DNA from: a candidate division WOR-3 bacterium | Lineage (GTDB): Bacteria; Hydrothermota; Tepidihabitantia; Tepidihabitantales; Tepidihabitantaceae | Reading direction: 5' to 3' | Length of the DNA: 36,541 nt | Assembly (NCBI GenBank): GCA_965648935.1 | Contig: CBFGIY010000017.1 | Span: forward strand, 1-36,541 | Shown: positions 1 to 8,131 of the stretch, one piece after another | How the letters are laid out: each line of letters begins with the position of its first letter | Position numbering within the stretch: the first letter of the stretch is position 1 | The notes under the pieces: generated by a model | Seen by the model: the letters and a program-made list of their open reading frames with translations, nothing else | Databases searched by the model: none | Told to the model about the DNA's origin: nothing | Position numbers and translations under genes: made by a program

Positions 1-818
1 AGATGGTCACAATCAACCCGGCGACATGGTTCGGCCTGGCCGACCGCGGCGCGGTCGCGCCCGGTTACCGCGCCGACCTCGTAGTCATCGGCGACCTGCC
101 GCGGTTCAATGCCCGGCTCGTCTTCAAGGACGGGCGGCTGGTCGCGCGCGACCGCATGGTGCAGGTGAGGCCGGGCGCGGTCAGGGACAAGACCGTGACC
201 GGCACGGTCCGCATCAAGCCGCTGACCGCGCGCAGCTTCGCCATCAGGGCCGAAGGCGAGCTGTGCCGGGCAATCCGGCTCGTCCCGGACCAGATAATCA
301 CCGAGTCGCATACGGTCCAGCCGACGGTCGAGAAGGGCTGGGTTAAGGCCGACACCGAACGCGACCTGCTCAAGCTCGCGGTGGTCGAGCGGCACAAGCG
401 CACCGGCCGGGTCGGTCTGGGCCTGGTGTCGGGCTTCGGGCTGAAGAAGGGCGCGCTGGGCACGAGCGTGGCCCATGATTCGCACAACCTCATAATCGTC
501 GGGACCAACGATGCCGACATGCTCAGGGCGGCGCGCGAGCTGGCGAAGATGGGCGGCGGTTACGTGGCGGTGGCAGACGGCAAGGTGGCGGCCCGGCTGG
601 CCCTGCCGATCGCCGGCCTGATGTCGGACGCGCCGGCCGAGAAGGTCGTCGAGGACCTGGTCCGGCTGCTGGACAAGGCGCATGTCTGGGGCTCGCGGCT
701 GCACAACCCGTTCATCACCCTGTCGTTTCTCGCGCTGCCGGTCATCCCGGAACTGAAGCTCACCGACCGGGGGCTGTTTGACGTCGCCGGTTTCAAGCAT
801 GTCAGTTTCTTCGTCTAG
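1..818 (+). CDS. ade: Adenine deaminase, C-terminal part (5' truncated by window edge)
   Basis: ORF open from the window start. Motifs TINPA, G-x-APGYRADLV, AVVERH, SVAHDSHN, LPIAGLMS and TLSFLALPVIPELKLTDRGLFDV are typical of AdeC. Confidence 0.93.
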   Translation, partial: MVTINPATWFGLADRGAVAPGYRADLVVIGDLPRFNARLVFKDGRLVARDRMVQVRPGAVRDKTVTGTVRIKPLTARSFAIRAEGELCRAIRLVPDQIITESHTVQPTVEKGWVKADTERDLLKLAVVERHKRTGRVGLGLVSGFGLKKGALGTSVAHDSHNLIIVGTNDADMLRAARELAKMGGGYVAVADGKVAARLALPIAGLMSDAPAEKVVEDLVRLLDKAHVWGSRLHNPFITLSFLALPVIPELKLTDRGLFDVAGFKHVSFFV

Positions 819-1263
819 GAACCGGCCGCACATCGGCGTCATCGGCGCGGGCGAGTGCGATGAAGCCCTGGCCCGCCGTGCCGAAGAAGTGGGACAGGGC
901 CTGGCCGAGGCCGGAGCAGTGCTTGTCTGCGGCGGGATGGGCGGGGTGATGGCCGCGGCCTGCCGTGGGGCGAAGCTGGCCGGCGGTCTGACCGTGGGCA
1001 TCCTGCCCGGGCAGGACCGGGTCGAGGCCAACCCTTTCGTCGACATCGCCGTCGCCACCGGCATCAACGAGGCGCGCAACCTTGCCATCATCCGCACTGC
1101 CGACGCGCTGATTGCAGTCGGCGGTTCGTTTGGTACACTTTCGGAAATCGGGTTCGCGCTGAAAGCCGGCAAGCGCGTCATCGGGCTTGAGACCTGGGAT
1201 ATCGCAGGGGTGGAGAAGGCGGATTCGCCCGGCGTGGCGGTCAGGCTGGCGCTGGGACAATAG
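799..1263 (+). CDS. TIGR00725/LOG-like (lysine decarboxylase-like Rossmann fold) protein, 154 aa
   Basis: IGVIGAG, LVCGGMGGVM-x-AAC-x-GA, GLTVGILPG, ARN and GGSFGTLSEIGFALK motifs. ATG at 799 overlaps the end of ade. Confidence 0.88.
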   Translation: MSVSSSRNRPHIGVIGAGECDEALARRAEEVGQGLAEAGAVLVCGGMGGVMAAACRGAKLAGGLTVGILPGQDRVEANPFVDIAVATGINEARNLAIIRTADALIAVGGSFGTLSEIGFALKAGKRVIGLETWDIAGVEKADSPGVAVRLALGQ

Positions 1264-1296
1264 CGGTCAGAATACAATATCACTACAGGAGGTTCA

Positions 1297-2790
1297 GTGG
1301 CCAAGCAGTACCGGAACTTCATCAACGGCAAGTTTGTCCCGGCGAAGTCGGGCAAGACCTACGAAAACCGCAACCCGGCCGACACGACCGACCTCATAGG
1401 TCGGTTCCCGGCGTCCGGGCCGGAGGATGTTGACGCGGCGGTCGCAGCGGCGAGGAAGGCTTATCCGAAGTGGAAGGCGACCCCGGCGCCGGCGCGCGGC
1501 GAGATAATGCGCCGGGCGACCGAGATACTCATCGCGAAGAAGGAAGCTTGCGCGAAGATAATGACCCGCGAGATGGGCAAGGTTCTGAAGGAGACGCGCG
1601 GCGACGTGCAGGAGGCGATCGACACCGGGCTGTATGCCGCGGGCGAGAGTCGGCGGCTATGGGGCACGGTGGTGCCGAGCGAACTGCCCAACAAGTACGC
1701 GTGGGTCACGCGCCAGCCGATGGGCGCGTGGGGAATGATCTGCCCGTGGAACTTCCCGATGGCGATACCGTCGTGGAAGCTGTTCCCGGCGCTGACCTGC
1801 GGCAACACCGCGGTCATCAAGCCGGCAACCCTGACCCCGGCTTCGGTGCACGAGTTCGTGGCGGCGCTGGCCGAAGCGGGCGTGCCGGACGGCGTGGTCA
1901 ATATCGTCTACGGCGGCGGCGGCGCGGTCGGCGAAGCGCTGCTCAATCACCCGGACATCTGCGGCGTGTCGTTCACCGGCTCCTCGGACATCGGCCGGCG
2001 CATCGCCGAGGTCACGGGCAGGAACCTGAAGCGCTGCTCGCTTGAGCTCGGCGGCAAGAACGCCCAGATAGTGCTCAACGATGCCGACCTGGACCTCGCG
2101 CTCGAGGGCGCGCTCTGGGGCGCGTTCGGCACAACGGGCCAGCGCTGCACCGCCACCTCGCGGCTCATCGTTCAGTCCGGCGTCTACAACAAGATGGTCG
2201 AGATGCTCGCGGCGCGGGCGAAGAAGCTGCGCGTGGGCAACGGCCTGGATGAGAAGGTCGAGATGGGGCCGTGCGTTAGCGAGGCCCAGCGCAGCACCGT
2301 GCACGGCTACGTCGAAATCGGCAAGGCCGAGGGCGCGAAACTGGTGTGCGGCGGCGGGCCGTTCAAGGGCGGCGCCCACGACCGCGGCTTCTTCTACAAG
2401 CCGACCATCTTCGCCGATGTGACGCCGGCGATGCGCATCGCGCGTGAGGAGATATTCGGGCCGGTGCTGTCGGTGATCAAGGTCAGGGATTTCGACGAGG
2501 CGATTGCGGTGCTCAACGGCACGCCCTACGGCCTGTCGTCATCCATCTACACGCGCGACGTGAATCTGGCGATGAAGGCAATCGAGCTCATCGAGGCCGG
2601 GATCACCTACGTCAACGCGCCGACCATCGGGGCCGAGTGCCATCTGCCGTTCGGCGGCGTGAAGGACACCGGCAACGGCCACCGCGAGGGCGGTTGGACC
2701 GCGTACGACATCTTCTCGGAGCCCAAGACGGTGTACGTCGATTACTCGGGCGCCCTCCAGAAAGCCCAGATCGACAACGCCGAGTACTAG
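1297..2790 (+). CDS. NAD(P)-dependent aldehyde dehydrogenase, 497 aa
   Basis: [23 protein letters not shown] (catalytic Cys) and EEIFGPV motifs. AGGAGG RBS at 1287-1292 before the GTG start. Confidence 0.95.
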   Translation: MAKQYRNFINGKFVPAKSGKTYENRNPADTTDLIGRFPASGPEDVDAAVAAARKAYPKWKATPAPARGEIMRRATEILIAKKEACAKIMTREMGKVLKETRGDVQEAIDTGLYAAGESRRLWGTVVPSELPNKYAWVTRQPMGAWGMICPWNFPMAIPSWKLFPALTCGNTAVIKPATLTPASVHEFVAALAEAGVPDGVVNIVYGGGGAVGEALLNHPDICGVSFTGSSDIGRRIAEVTGRNLKRCSLELGGKNAQIVLNDADLDLALEGALWGAFGTTGQRCTATSRLIVQSGVYNKMVEMLAARAKKLRVGNGLDEKVEMGPCVSEAQRSTVHGYVEIGKAEGAKLVCGGGPFKGGAHDRGFFYKPTIFADVTPAMRIAREEIFGPVLSVIKVRDFDEAIAVLNGTPYGLSSSIYTRDVNLAMKAIELIEAGITYVNAPTIGAECHLPFGGVKDTGNGHREGGWTAYDIFSEPKTVYVDYSGALQKAQIDNAEY

Positions 2791-2807
2791 TCCGCACCGG
2801 AAAGTCA

Positions 2808-2834
2808 GGCGGGGCGGCCAGGTGCCGCCCCGCC
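2808..2834. terminator. GC-rich hairpin between convergent genes
   Basis: GGCGGGGCGGC-caggt-GCCGCCCCGCC, a perfect 11-bp stem. No strong U-tract. Confidence 0.6.
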
Positions 2835-2855
2835 GCTTCAGTAGCGCGTCGCCGC

Positions 2856-3269
2856 TCAGGGTTGCGGCGGCGGGCTGCCGTTGCGCCCGCTCTCGTCGGG
2901 CAGGGCGTCGCGCCTGCGCTCGCGCGCGATGACGAGGTAGACGGCTATCATGGCGAGGCCGACAAGGCCGAAGACCAGCCCGCCGGTGATGTCTTCGCCC
3001 TTGCCGCTGACCAGGGCGCCGACCGTCAGGGCGAGGCCCAGAGCGAGCAAGACCGCGCCCCAGCCCAGCAGCGCGTAGGGCCTGCCGCTCTGACGCGGCG
3101 GCGGCGGTATCATCCCTTGCTCGATCATCTTCATCCGTTCGCGGTGCCTCTTGGCGCTCAGGTTGAGGATGACCACCATCACGGCGACGATGCTGATGAT
3201 CGGCACGGCGAAGATCATGAACACGGCAAGCCCGCCGACCGCGGGGCCGAGTATGTCAGTGGGATTCAC
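2856..3269 (-). CDS. Small 3-TM membrane protein, DUF6249-like, 137 aa
   Basis: TM segment followed by RHRERMKMIEQG and two further TM segments. GGAGG RBS before the GTG. Lies divergent from the ECF sigma gene. Confidence 0.75.
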   Translation of the reverse strand: MNPTDILGPAVGGLAVFMIFAVPIISIVAVMVVILNLSAKRHRERMKMIEQGMIPPPPRQSGRPYALLGWGAVLLALGLALTVGALVSGKGEDITGGLVFGLVGLAMIAVYLVIARERRRDALPDESGRNGSPPPQP

Positions 3270-3281
3270 GGGTTTCCTCCG

Positions 3282-3503
3282 TCAGTTGAGGTCGCGGGCA
3301 GGCGCGCCGGTGTCGACCAGGTGGTCGGGCCGGACGATGATTTCTTCGATGTACGTATCGGTGTCAGGCGCCGGGGCCAGAATCACCACCTCAGGCAGCA
3401 GGCCGCGGGCGGCGGTCAACCGGGGTGCGGGCCGCGCCAGCAGCGCCACGCTCGTTGCGGCGGCGAGCAGCGCCATCATAAGGGCAAATAGACGCAGTTT
3501 CAT
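3282..3503 (-). CDS. Small exported hypothetical protein (73 aa) with two TonB-box-like motifs
   Basis: AAGGAG RBS before ATG 3503. Signal peptide MKLRLFALMMALLAAATSVA; motifs LPEVVILA and IEEIIVR. Confidence 0.65.
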   Translation of the reverse strand: MKLRLFALMMALLAAATSVALLARPAPRLTAARGLLPEVVILAPAPDTDTYIEEIIVRPDHLVDTGAPARDLN

Positions 3504-3551
3504 GGTGGTCTCCTTTTTGCTTCGTCGGTCATCGTGTCGCATTGACCATAC

Positions 3552-3578
3552 GACGAGGCCGGTTGCGGATTTGTTGCA
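3552..3578 (-). promoter_or_regulatory. ECF-type promoter for the 73-aa and DUF6249-like genes
   Basis: Minus strand reads TGCAAC-N17-CGTC, resembling the SigW/SigM-type TGAAAC-N16-CGT consensus. Confidence 0.7.
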
Positions 3579-3583
3579 GCCGC

Positions 3584-3609
3584 TGTAACATTCGGGCGCT
3601 GTCTGCGTC
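3584..3609 (+). promoter_or_regulatory. ECF-type autoregulatory promoter of the sigma/anti-sigma operon
   Basis: TGTAAC-N16-CGTC ending 14 nt before the GTG at 3624. Confidence 0.75.
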
Positions 3610-3623
3610 TTATCTGGTGAACC

Positions 3624-4184
3624 GTGGACACCACATCCGAGGCAACTCTGGTCAAACGCTCCGCAAGGGGCGACGAGCGGGCCTTCGCGGTGCTGGTGAA
3701 TCGCTACAAAGGTATGATGTTTTCAATGGCTTACAGGTTGCTGCGCGACAGCGGGCGGGCCGAGGACGCGGCGCAGGACAGCTTCATCAAGGCCTACGCG
3801 GCCCTGCCCGGGTTCAAGGGCGAATCGAAATTCAGTTCCTGGCTCTACCGGATCTGCTACAACACCTGCATCAGCGAGCTGCGCCGGCGCCGCCCGGAGG
3901 GCGACCTCGACGAGTCGTTGGTCGCGGACGGCCCGGGAGCCGACCCGCGCCGGCAAGGCCTGCAGGCGCTGATACAGGAAGAGGTCGGCCGGCTGCCCGA
4001 CGAGTATCGGGCAGCGCTGACCCTGTACCATTTCAACGGGTTCTCCTACGAGGAGATTGCCCGGCTCCAGCACAAGCCGATGGGCACGGTCAAGGCCAAT
4101 ATCCACCGGGCGCGAGCCGCGCTCAAGACGCGCCTGCTCGAGCGGGTCGGATGGGACGCGCTGAAAGAGGTCATATGGCAATGA
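3624..4184 (+). CDS. ECF RNA polymerase sigma factor (SigW/RpoE-like), 186 aa
   Basis: Region 2 AEDAAQDSFIKAY...FSSWLYRI; region 4 LPDEYRAALTL...SYEEIA...GTVKANIHRAR. Confidence 0.95.
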   Translation: MDTTSEATLVKRSARGDERAFAVLVNRYKGMMFSMAYRLLRDSGRAEDAAQDSFIKAYAALPGFKGESKFSSWLYRICYNTCISELRRRRPEGDLDESLVADGPGADPRRQGLQALIQEEVGRLPDEYRAALTLYHFNGFSYEEIARLQHKPMGTVKANIHRARAALKTRLLERVGWDALKEVIWQ

Positions 4185-4660
4185 ACTGCAACGAGGTGAG
4201 ATCGGTTCTGCAGGACTATGTCACGCGCGAGCTGGCACCCGAGCGCCGGGCCGGGGTCGACGAGCACGTGGTCGGCTGCGCCGAATGCCAGCGCGAGCTG
4301 GCCCTGCTGACGGCGCTGGTGTCGTCGCTGGACAGCCAGCCGGTGGTCGAGCCCGAAGCTGACTTCACGGCGCGCGTTATCCGACGCCTGCCCGGACACC
4401 GGCGCGCCCCGATGAGTCCTTGGTGGTCGCTGGCCGCGGTCCCGGCGCTTGGAGCTGCCGCGTGGCTGCTGCGCGGCCCGCTGCTGCGGGGAGCCGCTGG
4501 CGTCGCTGACCGGCTCGGGCTTAGGGTTCTCCCGGCGCCCGGTGGGGCTTCGATCGGCTATGCCCAGTTCGCGTGGTCTGCGGCGGTCGCGGTCGTGTTC
4601 GCGGTTGCCGTTCTCGCGACCGGGGTCTATCTTGGCTGGCGGATAGTCCGGGAGCGCTGA
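4175..4660 (+). CDS. Membrane-anchored zinc-binding anti-sigma factor (zf-HC2), 161 aa
   Basis: MNC...EHVVGCAEC (HxxxCxxC) followed by two hydrophobic segments. Start overlaps the 3' end of the sigma gene. Confidence 0.9.
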   Translation: MAMNCNEVRSVLQDYVTRELAPERRAGVDEHVVGCAECQRELALLTALVSSLDSQPVVEPEADFTARVIRRLPGHRRAPMSPWWSLAAVPALGAAAWLLRGPLLRGAAGVADRLGLRVLPAPGGASIGYAQFAWSAAVAVVFAVAVLATGVYLGWRIVRER

Positions 4661-4677
4661 ACTGCTGCCTGAGAAGG

Positions 4678-4705
4678 CGAAGGGCCGGCACGAGCCGGCC
4701 CTTCG
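4678..4705. terminator. Hairpin between the convergent anti-sigma gene and membrane operon
   Basis: CGAAGGGCCGGC-acga-GCCGGCCCTTCG, a perfect 12-bp stem. Confidence 0.7.
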
Positions 4706-4721
4706 ATGTTCTGTGGTCGCG

Positions 4722-5351
4722 TCAGCGGACAATGCCGAGCCAGTCTCCGAGCAGGAACTGGAGCCGGCCGATGAACAGCGAGATGCGCGCCATCACGGTG
4801 TATCCGAAAGAGGCGCCGAACCCGACCATGATGAATATGATGCCCACGTAGCTGGCCGGTTTGAGCACGCCCTTGCGCTCGGACGAGAAGAAGAAGTAGG
4901 AGATGGTGCAGATGACGCCGATGAGTATGATCACCGCCCACAGCCCCTGCTGCCAGTCCGCGAACGAGGCCCGGGTGATGATGGTGGCCTTGAGCTGCTG
5001 GACAGCGTTGGCGTTGACGCCGCGGATGATGCTCGCCCCGGTGCCGTAGCCGAGCGCGACCGCGATGGGGAAGCGGACGAGCCACGAAACCTTGGGTATG
5101 AATCGAGCGAAGTAGAGCGCGCCGACCAGGGCGATGGGTATCAGCCACAGCTTCTCGCCGCGGCCGACCGGGTCGAAGAGGTAGGGGACGAGTATCCGGT
5201 GCCACATGAACGTGATGAAGTAGCCGTTGGATATCCCGACGAAGAGGTGTTCGGCGAAGCGGTAGAAGGGGTTCTCACGATACAGGAAAGAGAACACGGC
5301 AAGCGTGAGTATGGCCGCAACCCAGACCCAGGGGTCAGTGGAGATGTTCAT
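4722..5351 (-). CDS. Conserved hypothetical polytopic membrane protein, 209 aa (subunit D of DUF6754 cluster)
   Basis: ATG 5351 with GGAGG RBS and ATGA overlap with the upstream stop. About 6 TM segments; SFLYRENPFYRFAEHLFVG and FGASFGYTVMARISL motifs. Confidence 0.85.
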   Translation of the reverse strand: MNISTDPWVWVAAILTLAVFSFLYRENPFYRFAEHLFVGISNGYFITFMWHRILVPYLFDPVGRGEKLWLIPIALVGALYFARFIPKVSWLVRFPIAVALGYGTGASIIRGVNANAVQQLKATIITRASFADWQQGLWAVIILIGVICTISYFFFSSERKGVLKPASYVGIIFIMVGFGASFGYTVMARISLFIGRLQFLLGDWLGIVR

Positions 5352-6247
5352 GACTTCCTCCTGCGGGACACGAAGTAGCCGATGTTGCCGAGAACGATGA
5401 ACAGGATGATGGCGATGTGGGCGGCGGTCTGGGAGGACATCGCCTCGGTAGCCTTGCGCCGGAAGGTCAGCGCCGAGCCGGCCGCGACCAGCTTGTCTTC
5501 GAGCATCTGTTCGTATTCGGCCGCGCCGCGCATCCCGGCGAGCATGCCGGTGAACTGGCCGGAGTTCAGGTATGTGTAGTAGTCGGCCGCCGACACCGCG
5601 GTCGTGCCGCAGCCGATGCGCACGCCGAACTGGGTCTGGGCGTAGACCACCCACGAGAGCGGCACGGCCGAGCCGGCGATCGAGACCAGGATGCCGACGT
5701 TGTTGTAGTTCTTGATGTGCGGGGTGATCGGTAGCGATTCGGTCTGGTTGCCGTAGTAGTCAACCGGAAAAACCTTGGTGATGCGCTCGCCCATTCCCAG
5801 CATCACGGTGACGAAGGGCGTGCTCCAGCCCCAGAAGACGTAGTCCTCGCCGTTGATGACCGAGTCCTCGTGGGTCGTTGCGTTTGCATTGAACTCGGCC
5901 GTGACCTGGCGCAGCGCATCCTCGGCAAGACCGAGGCCGTAGACCGAGGTCGCGAGCACGCCGACCCTGTGGCCGGTCGCGAAGGCGTGGCGCAGCAGCG
6001 TGATGGCCATCGGGTGCAGCTCGGCCTGAGTGTCAGGCGTGTAGTCGACCGAGATGACCAGAGCCTTGTCGTCGGGCATCGTGTCGATGTAGTTGAACAG
6101 GCGGCTGACCGGGGGCATTGCCTCGGGCCTGGTCTTGAAGGGGAAGATGAGCGGTATCATCACGACGAGCCAGATGACCGCGAAGATCCAGCGGCGGTCG
6201 ATGCGCTGGATGCGGTTCCAGAAACCGGCGCCGGCCGGGGCGGTCAC
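5348..6247 (-). CDS. Conserved hypothetical membrane-anchored protein, 299 aa (subunit C)
   Basis: N- and C-terminal TM segments flank a globular domain with GTTAVSA...SGQFTGMLAGMRGAAEYE. GTGA overlap with the upstream gene. Confidence 0.85.
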   Translation of the reverse strand: MTAPAGAGFWNRIQRIDRRWIFAVIWLVVMIPLIFPFKTRPEAMPPVSRLFNYIDTMPDDKALVISVDYTPDTQAELHPMAITLLRHAFATGHRVGVLATSVYGLGLAEDALRQVTAEFNANATTHEDSVINGEDYVFWGWSTPFVTVMLGMGERITKVFPVDYYGNQTESLPITPHIKNYNNVGILVSIAGSAVPLSWVVYAQTQFGVRIGCGTTAVSAADYYTYLNSGQFTGMLAGMRGAAEYEQMLEDKLVAAGSALTFRRKATEAMSSQTAAHIAIILFIVLGNIGYFVSRRRKS

Positions 6248-6912
6248 GAGCCGCCTCCGCCGAGCCAGCCGCGCTCAATGCCGAGCAGTATCTTGAGCGA
6301 TGTAGCGAAGGCGCCGAGCCCGGTGCCGAACAGGATGCCGCGTTTTGCCGCGGTGTTGGGCACGGCCAGTATCCACTCGGCGAAGTCGGGCAGAGGGCGC
6401 ACCAGCGTCCGGGTCAGCGGCACCGCGCCGAGCATCAGGATGAACGCGGCAACCAGCAGCAGGGTCGCTTCGAAATTGCGGGCCCGGAAAGCGCGGTAGG
6501 CGGCTGAGGCCATGAAGAACGCCAGCAGGGCGAACATCGTCGCGCCGAGCGGGACAATCATGTTCGTGAACAGCGTCTGGATGTGGAAGTCGAAGCCGCC
6601 GATGCGCGTCGGCAGGATGCCGGGCTTGTTGGGGTCGATGCCGCCGAGAAGCCCGATTATCGCGCTGGCAAAGAGCGCGATCACGGTTACCCAGGAAAAC
6701 GGCCAGTGCTCGGCCTTGCGCTTGATCTTGATGAAATGGTGGCGCAGGATCGAGCCGATGCCCAGCACGATGCTGAACGCCGTGATGATGCGCAGGACGT
6801 CGTTGCGCATCACCTCGTCGACGTTGCGCACCGCGGGGTGGGGTATGAGGAACGCGGCTGCGGCGAAGATGCCGAGCACGAGCACAATGAGCAGGGGAAG
6901 TCGTCGTTTCAT
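6244..6912 (-). CDS. Conserved hypothetical polytopic membrane protein, 222 aa (subunit B)
   Basis: ATG 6912 with GGAGG RBS. About 6 TM segments; ATMFALLAFFMASAAYRAFRARN and VPNTAAKRGI...ILLGIER motifs. Confidence 0.85.
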   Translation of the reverse strand: MKRRLPLLIVLVLGIFAAAAFLIPHPAVRNVDEVMRNDVLRIITAFSIVLGIGSILRHHFIKIKRKAEHWPFSWVTVIALFASAIIGLLGGIDPNKPGILPTRIGGFDFHIQTLFTNMIVPLGATMFALLAFFMASAAYRAFRARNFEATLLLVAAFILMLGAVPLTRTLVRPLPDFAEWILAVPNTAAKRGILFGTGLGAFATSLKILLGIERGWLGGGGS

Positions 6913-6913
6913 C

Positions 6914-8008
6914 CTATCCTCCAAACAGGCGCGTTACCGGCAGGTTCAAGACAGTGGCCAGCAGCGTTGCGATGACGATGATGGCCAGTATCACGGCCTT
7001 GCCCATGTCCTGTCCCTTGATGGCACCGAGCAGGACCGGCTCGCGCGACAGGTAGGCCGACGCGGCATAGAGTTCCTCGCCGATGAGCGTGTAGTCGCAG
7101 GCGGTGATGAAGAAAGGCAGCTGCGATATGGCGTCGGTGCCGGCTATCTGGACCGCGCCGGAAAGGGCGCCGGTTTCGGCGAGAATGAGCGACTCGGCCC
7201 AGAACATCCCGATGAGGAAGTTCGTGGCCGGCTTCTCGCGGGTCATGATGCCGTCGACCGCGGCGGCGAAGGCGAACTGCTGGTCGGACACGAAAAAGAC
7301 CATATCGGGGCTGAACGCGTCGGGCCGCCCCTCTGATGTGTAGGACTCCTTGACAACCTCGCGCGCGACGGTGTAGACGATGGGGTCGCGGTTGGGCACC
7401 ACCAGCGGCGTGCCGAACTTCGCGGTCTTCTTGGCGACCTCGCCGAGGATGTTGATCGATGCGATGGTCGCTATGTCGTCAATCGAGGACAGGCCGGGGA
7501 CGTAGAGGATGGGCCGCCCCATCTCGGTGGCGCGGCCGAGCGCCTCCTCGACCGCATCAAGCCCGGCGATGCGGCGGATGAAAAGCCGGGCGCCGCGCCT
7601 GGCCTTGTTCAGGTAGAACAGGACAAGAAACCCGAACACGAGCGTGAGGACCAGCGCCGCGGCGTAGTTCGTGTTGAACCAGGACGGCCGGCTCGACACG
7701 GGTCCTGATGGCTCGGATTCGGCCGGTTCTGCCTCGTTGAGCGCAAGAACTTTGTAGCGGTGGGGGACGTTGTCGGGCAGACCTTCGTCGACGAACCGGG
7801 CGAGGCGAGGGCCGGTGAAGCCGACCGTGTCCCAGCCTTCGCTGCCGTCCCGCTGGCGCAGAATGCGATAGCCCGTGACCGGGTCGGGCGAAGCTTTCCA
7901 GGTCACGACCACCGCCTTGCCGCCGTCATTGGGCCGGTCAGCCGCCGCGACGCCAGTCGGCGGGGCGACTGCAGACAGGCACAGGGCAAGAGTCAGTCCA
8001 ATAAGCAT
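6914..8008 (-). CDS. Fibronectin type III + DUF6754-like membrane protein, 364 aa (subunit A1)
   Basis: GGAGG RBS before ATG 8008. Signal peptide, Fn3-like VVVTW...GYRILR...YKVLALN, TM, then IRRIAGLDAVEEALGRATEMGRP...QLPFFITACDYTLIGEELYAASAYLSREP. Confidence 0.85.
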   Translation of the reverse strand: MLIGLTLALCLSAVAPPTGVAAADRPNDGGKAVVVTWKASPDPVTGYRILRQRDGSEGWDTVGFTGPRLARFVDEGLPDNVPHRYKVLALNEAEPAESEPSGPVSSRPSWFNTNYAAALVLTLVFGFLVLFYLNKARRGARLFIRRIAGLDAVEEALGRATEMGRPILYVPGLSSIDDIATIASINILGEVAKKTAKFGTPLVVPNRDPIVYTVAREVVKESYTSEGRPDAFSPDMVFFVSDQQFAFAAAVDGIMTREKPATNFLIGMFWAESLILAETGALSGAVQIAGTDAISQLPFFITACDYTLIGEELYAASAYLSREPVLLGAIKGQDMGKAVILAIIVIATLLATVLNLPVTRLFGG

Positions 8009-8061
8009 CCAGGTTCCTCCGTGCTGCTTGGTCAAAGCCGCGCGGGTGCGCGGCGAGGTCT

Positions 8062-8089
8062 AGTCTATTTGGCCCCGGGGCCAAGTCAA
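8062..8089 (-). promoter_or_regulatory. Sigma70-type promoter of the A1-B-C-D operon with a palindromic spacer
   Basis: TTGACT-N16-TAGACT. The perfect palindrome TTGGCCCCGGGGCCAA lies at 8069-8084. Confidence 0.65.
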
Positions 8090-8131
8090 CGGGCGAACAG
8101 GGGCGGCTGGGCGCCCGTTCATCGCCGCGTA

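Noticed and set aside
3542..4174. 372-aa ORF suggesting a long anti-sigma
   Set aside because: The upstream part is an off-frame shadow of the sigma gene. The zf-HC2 protein begins at 4175 or 4181.
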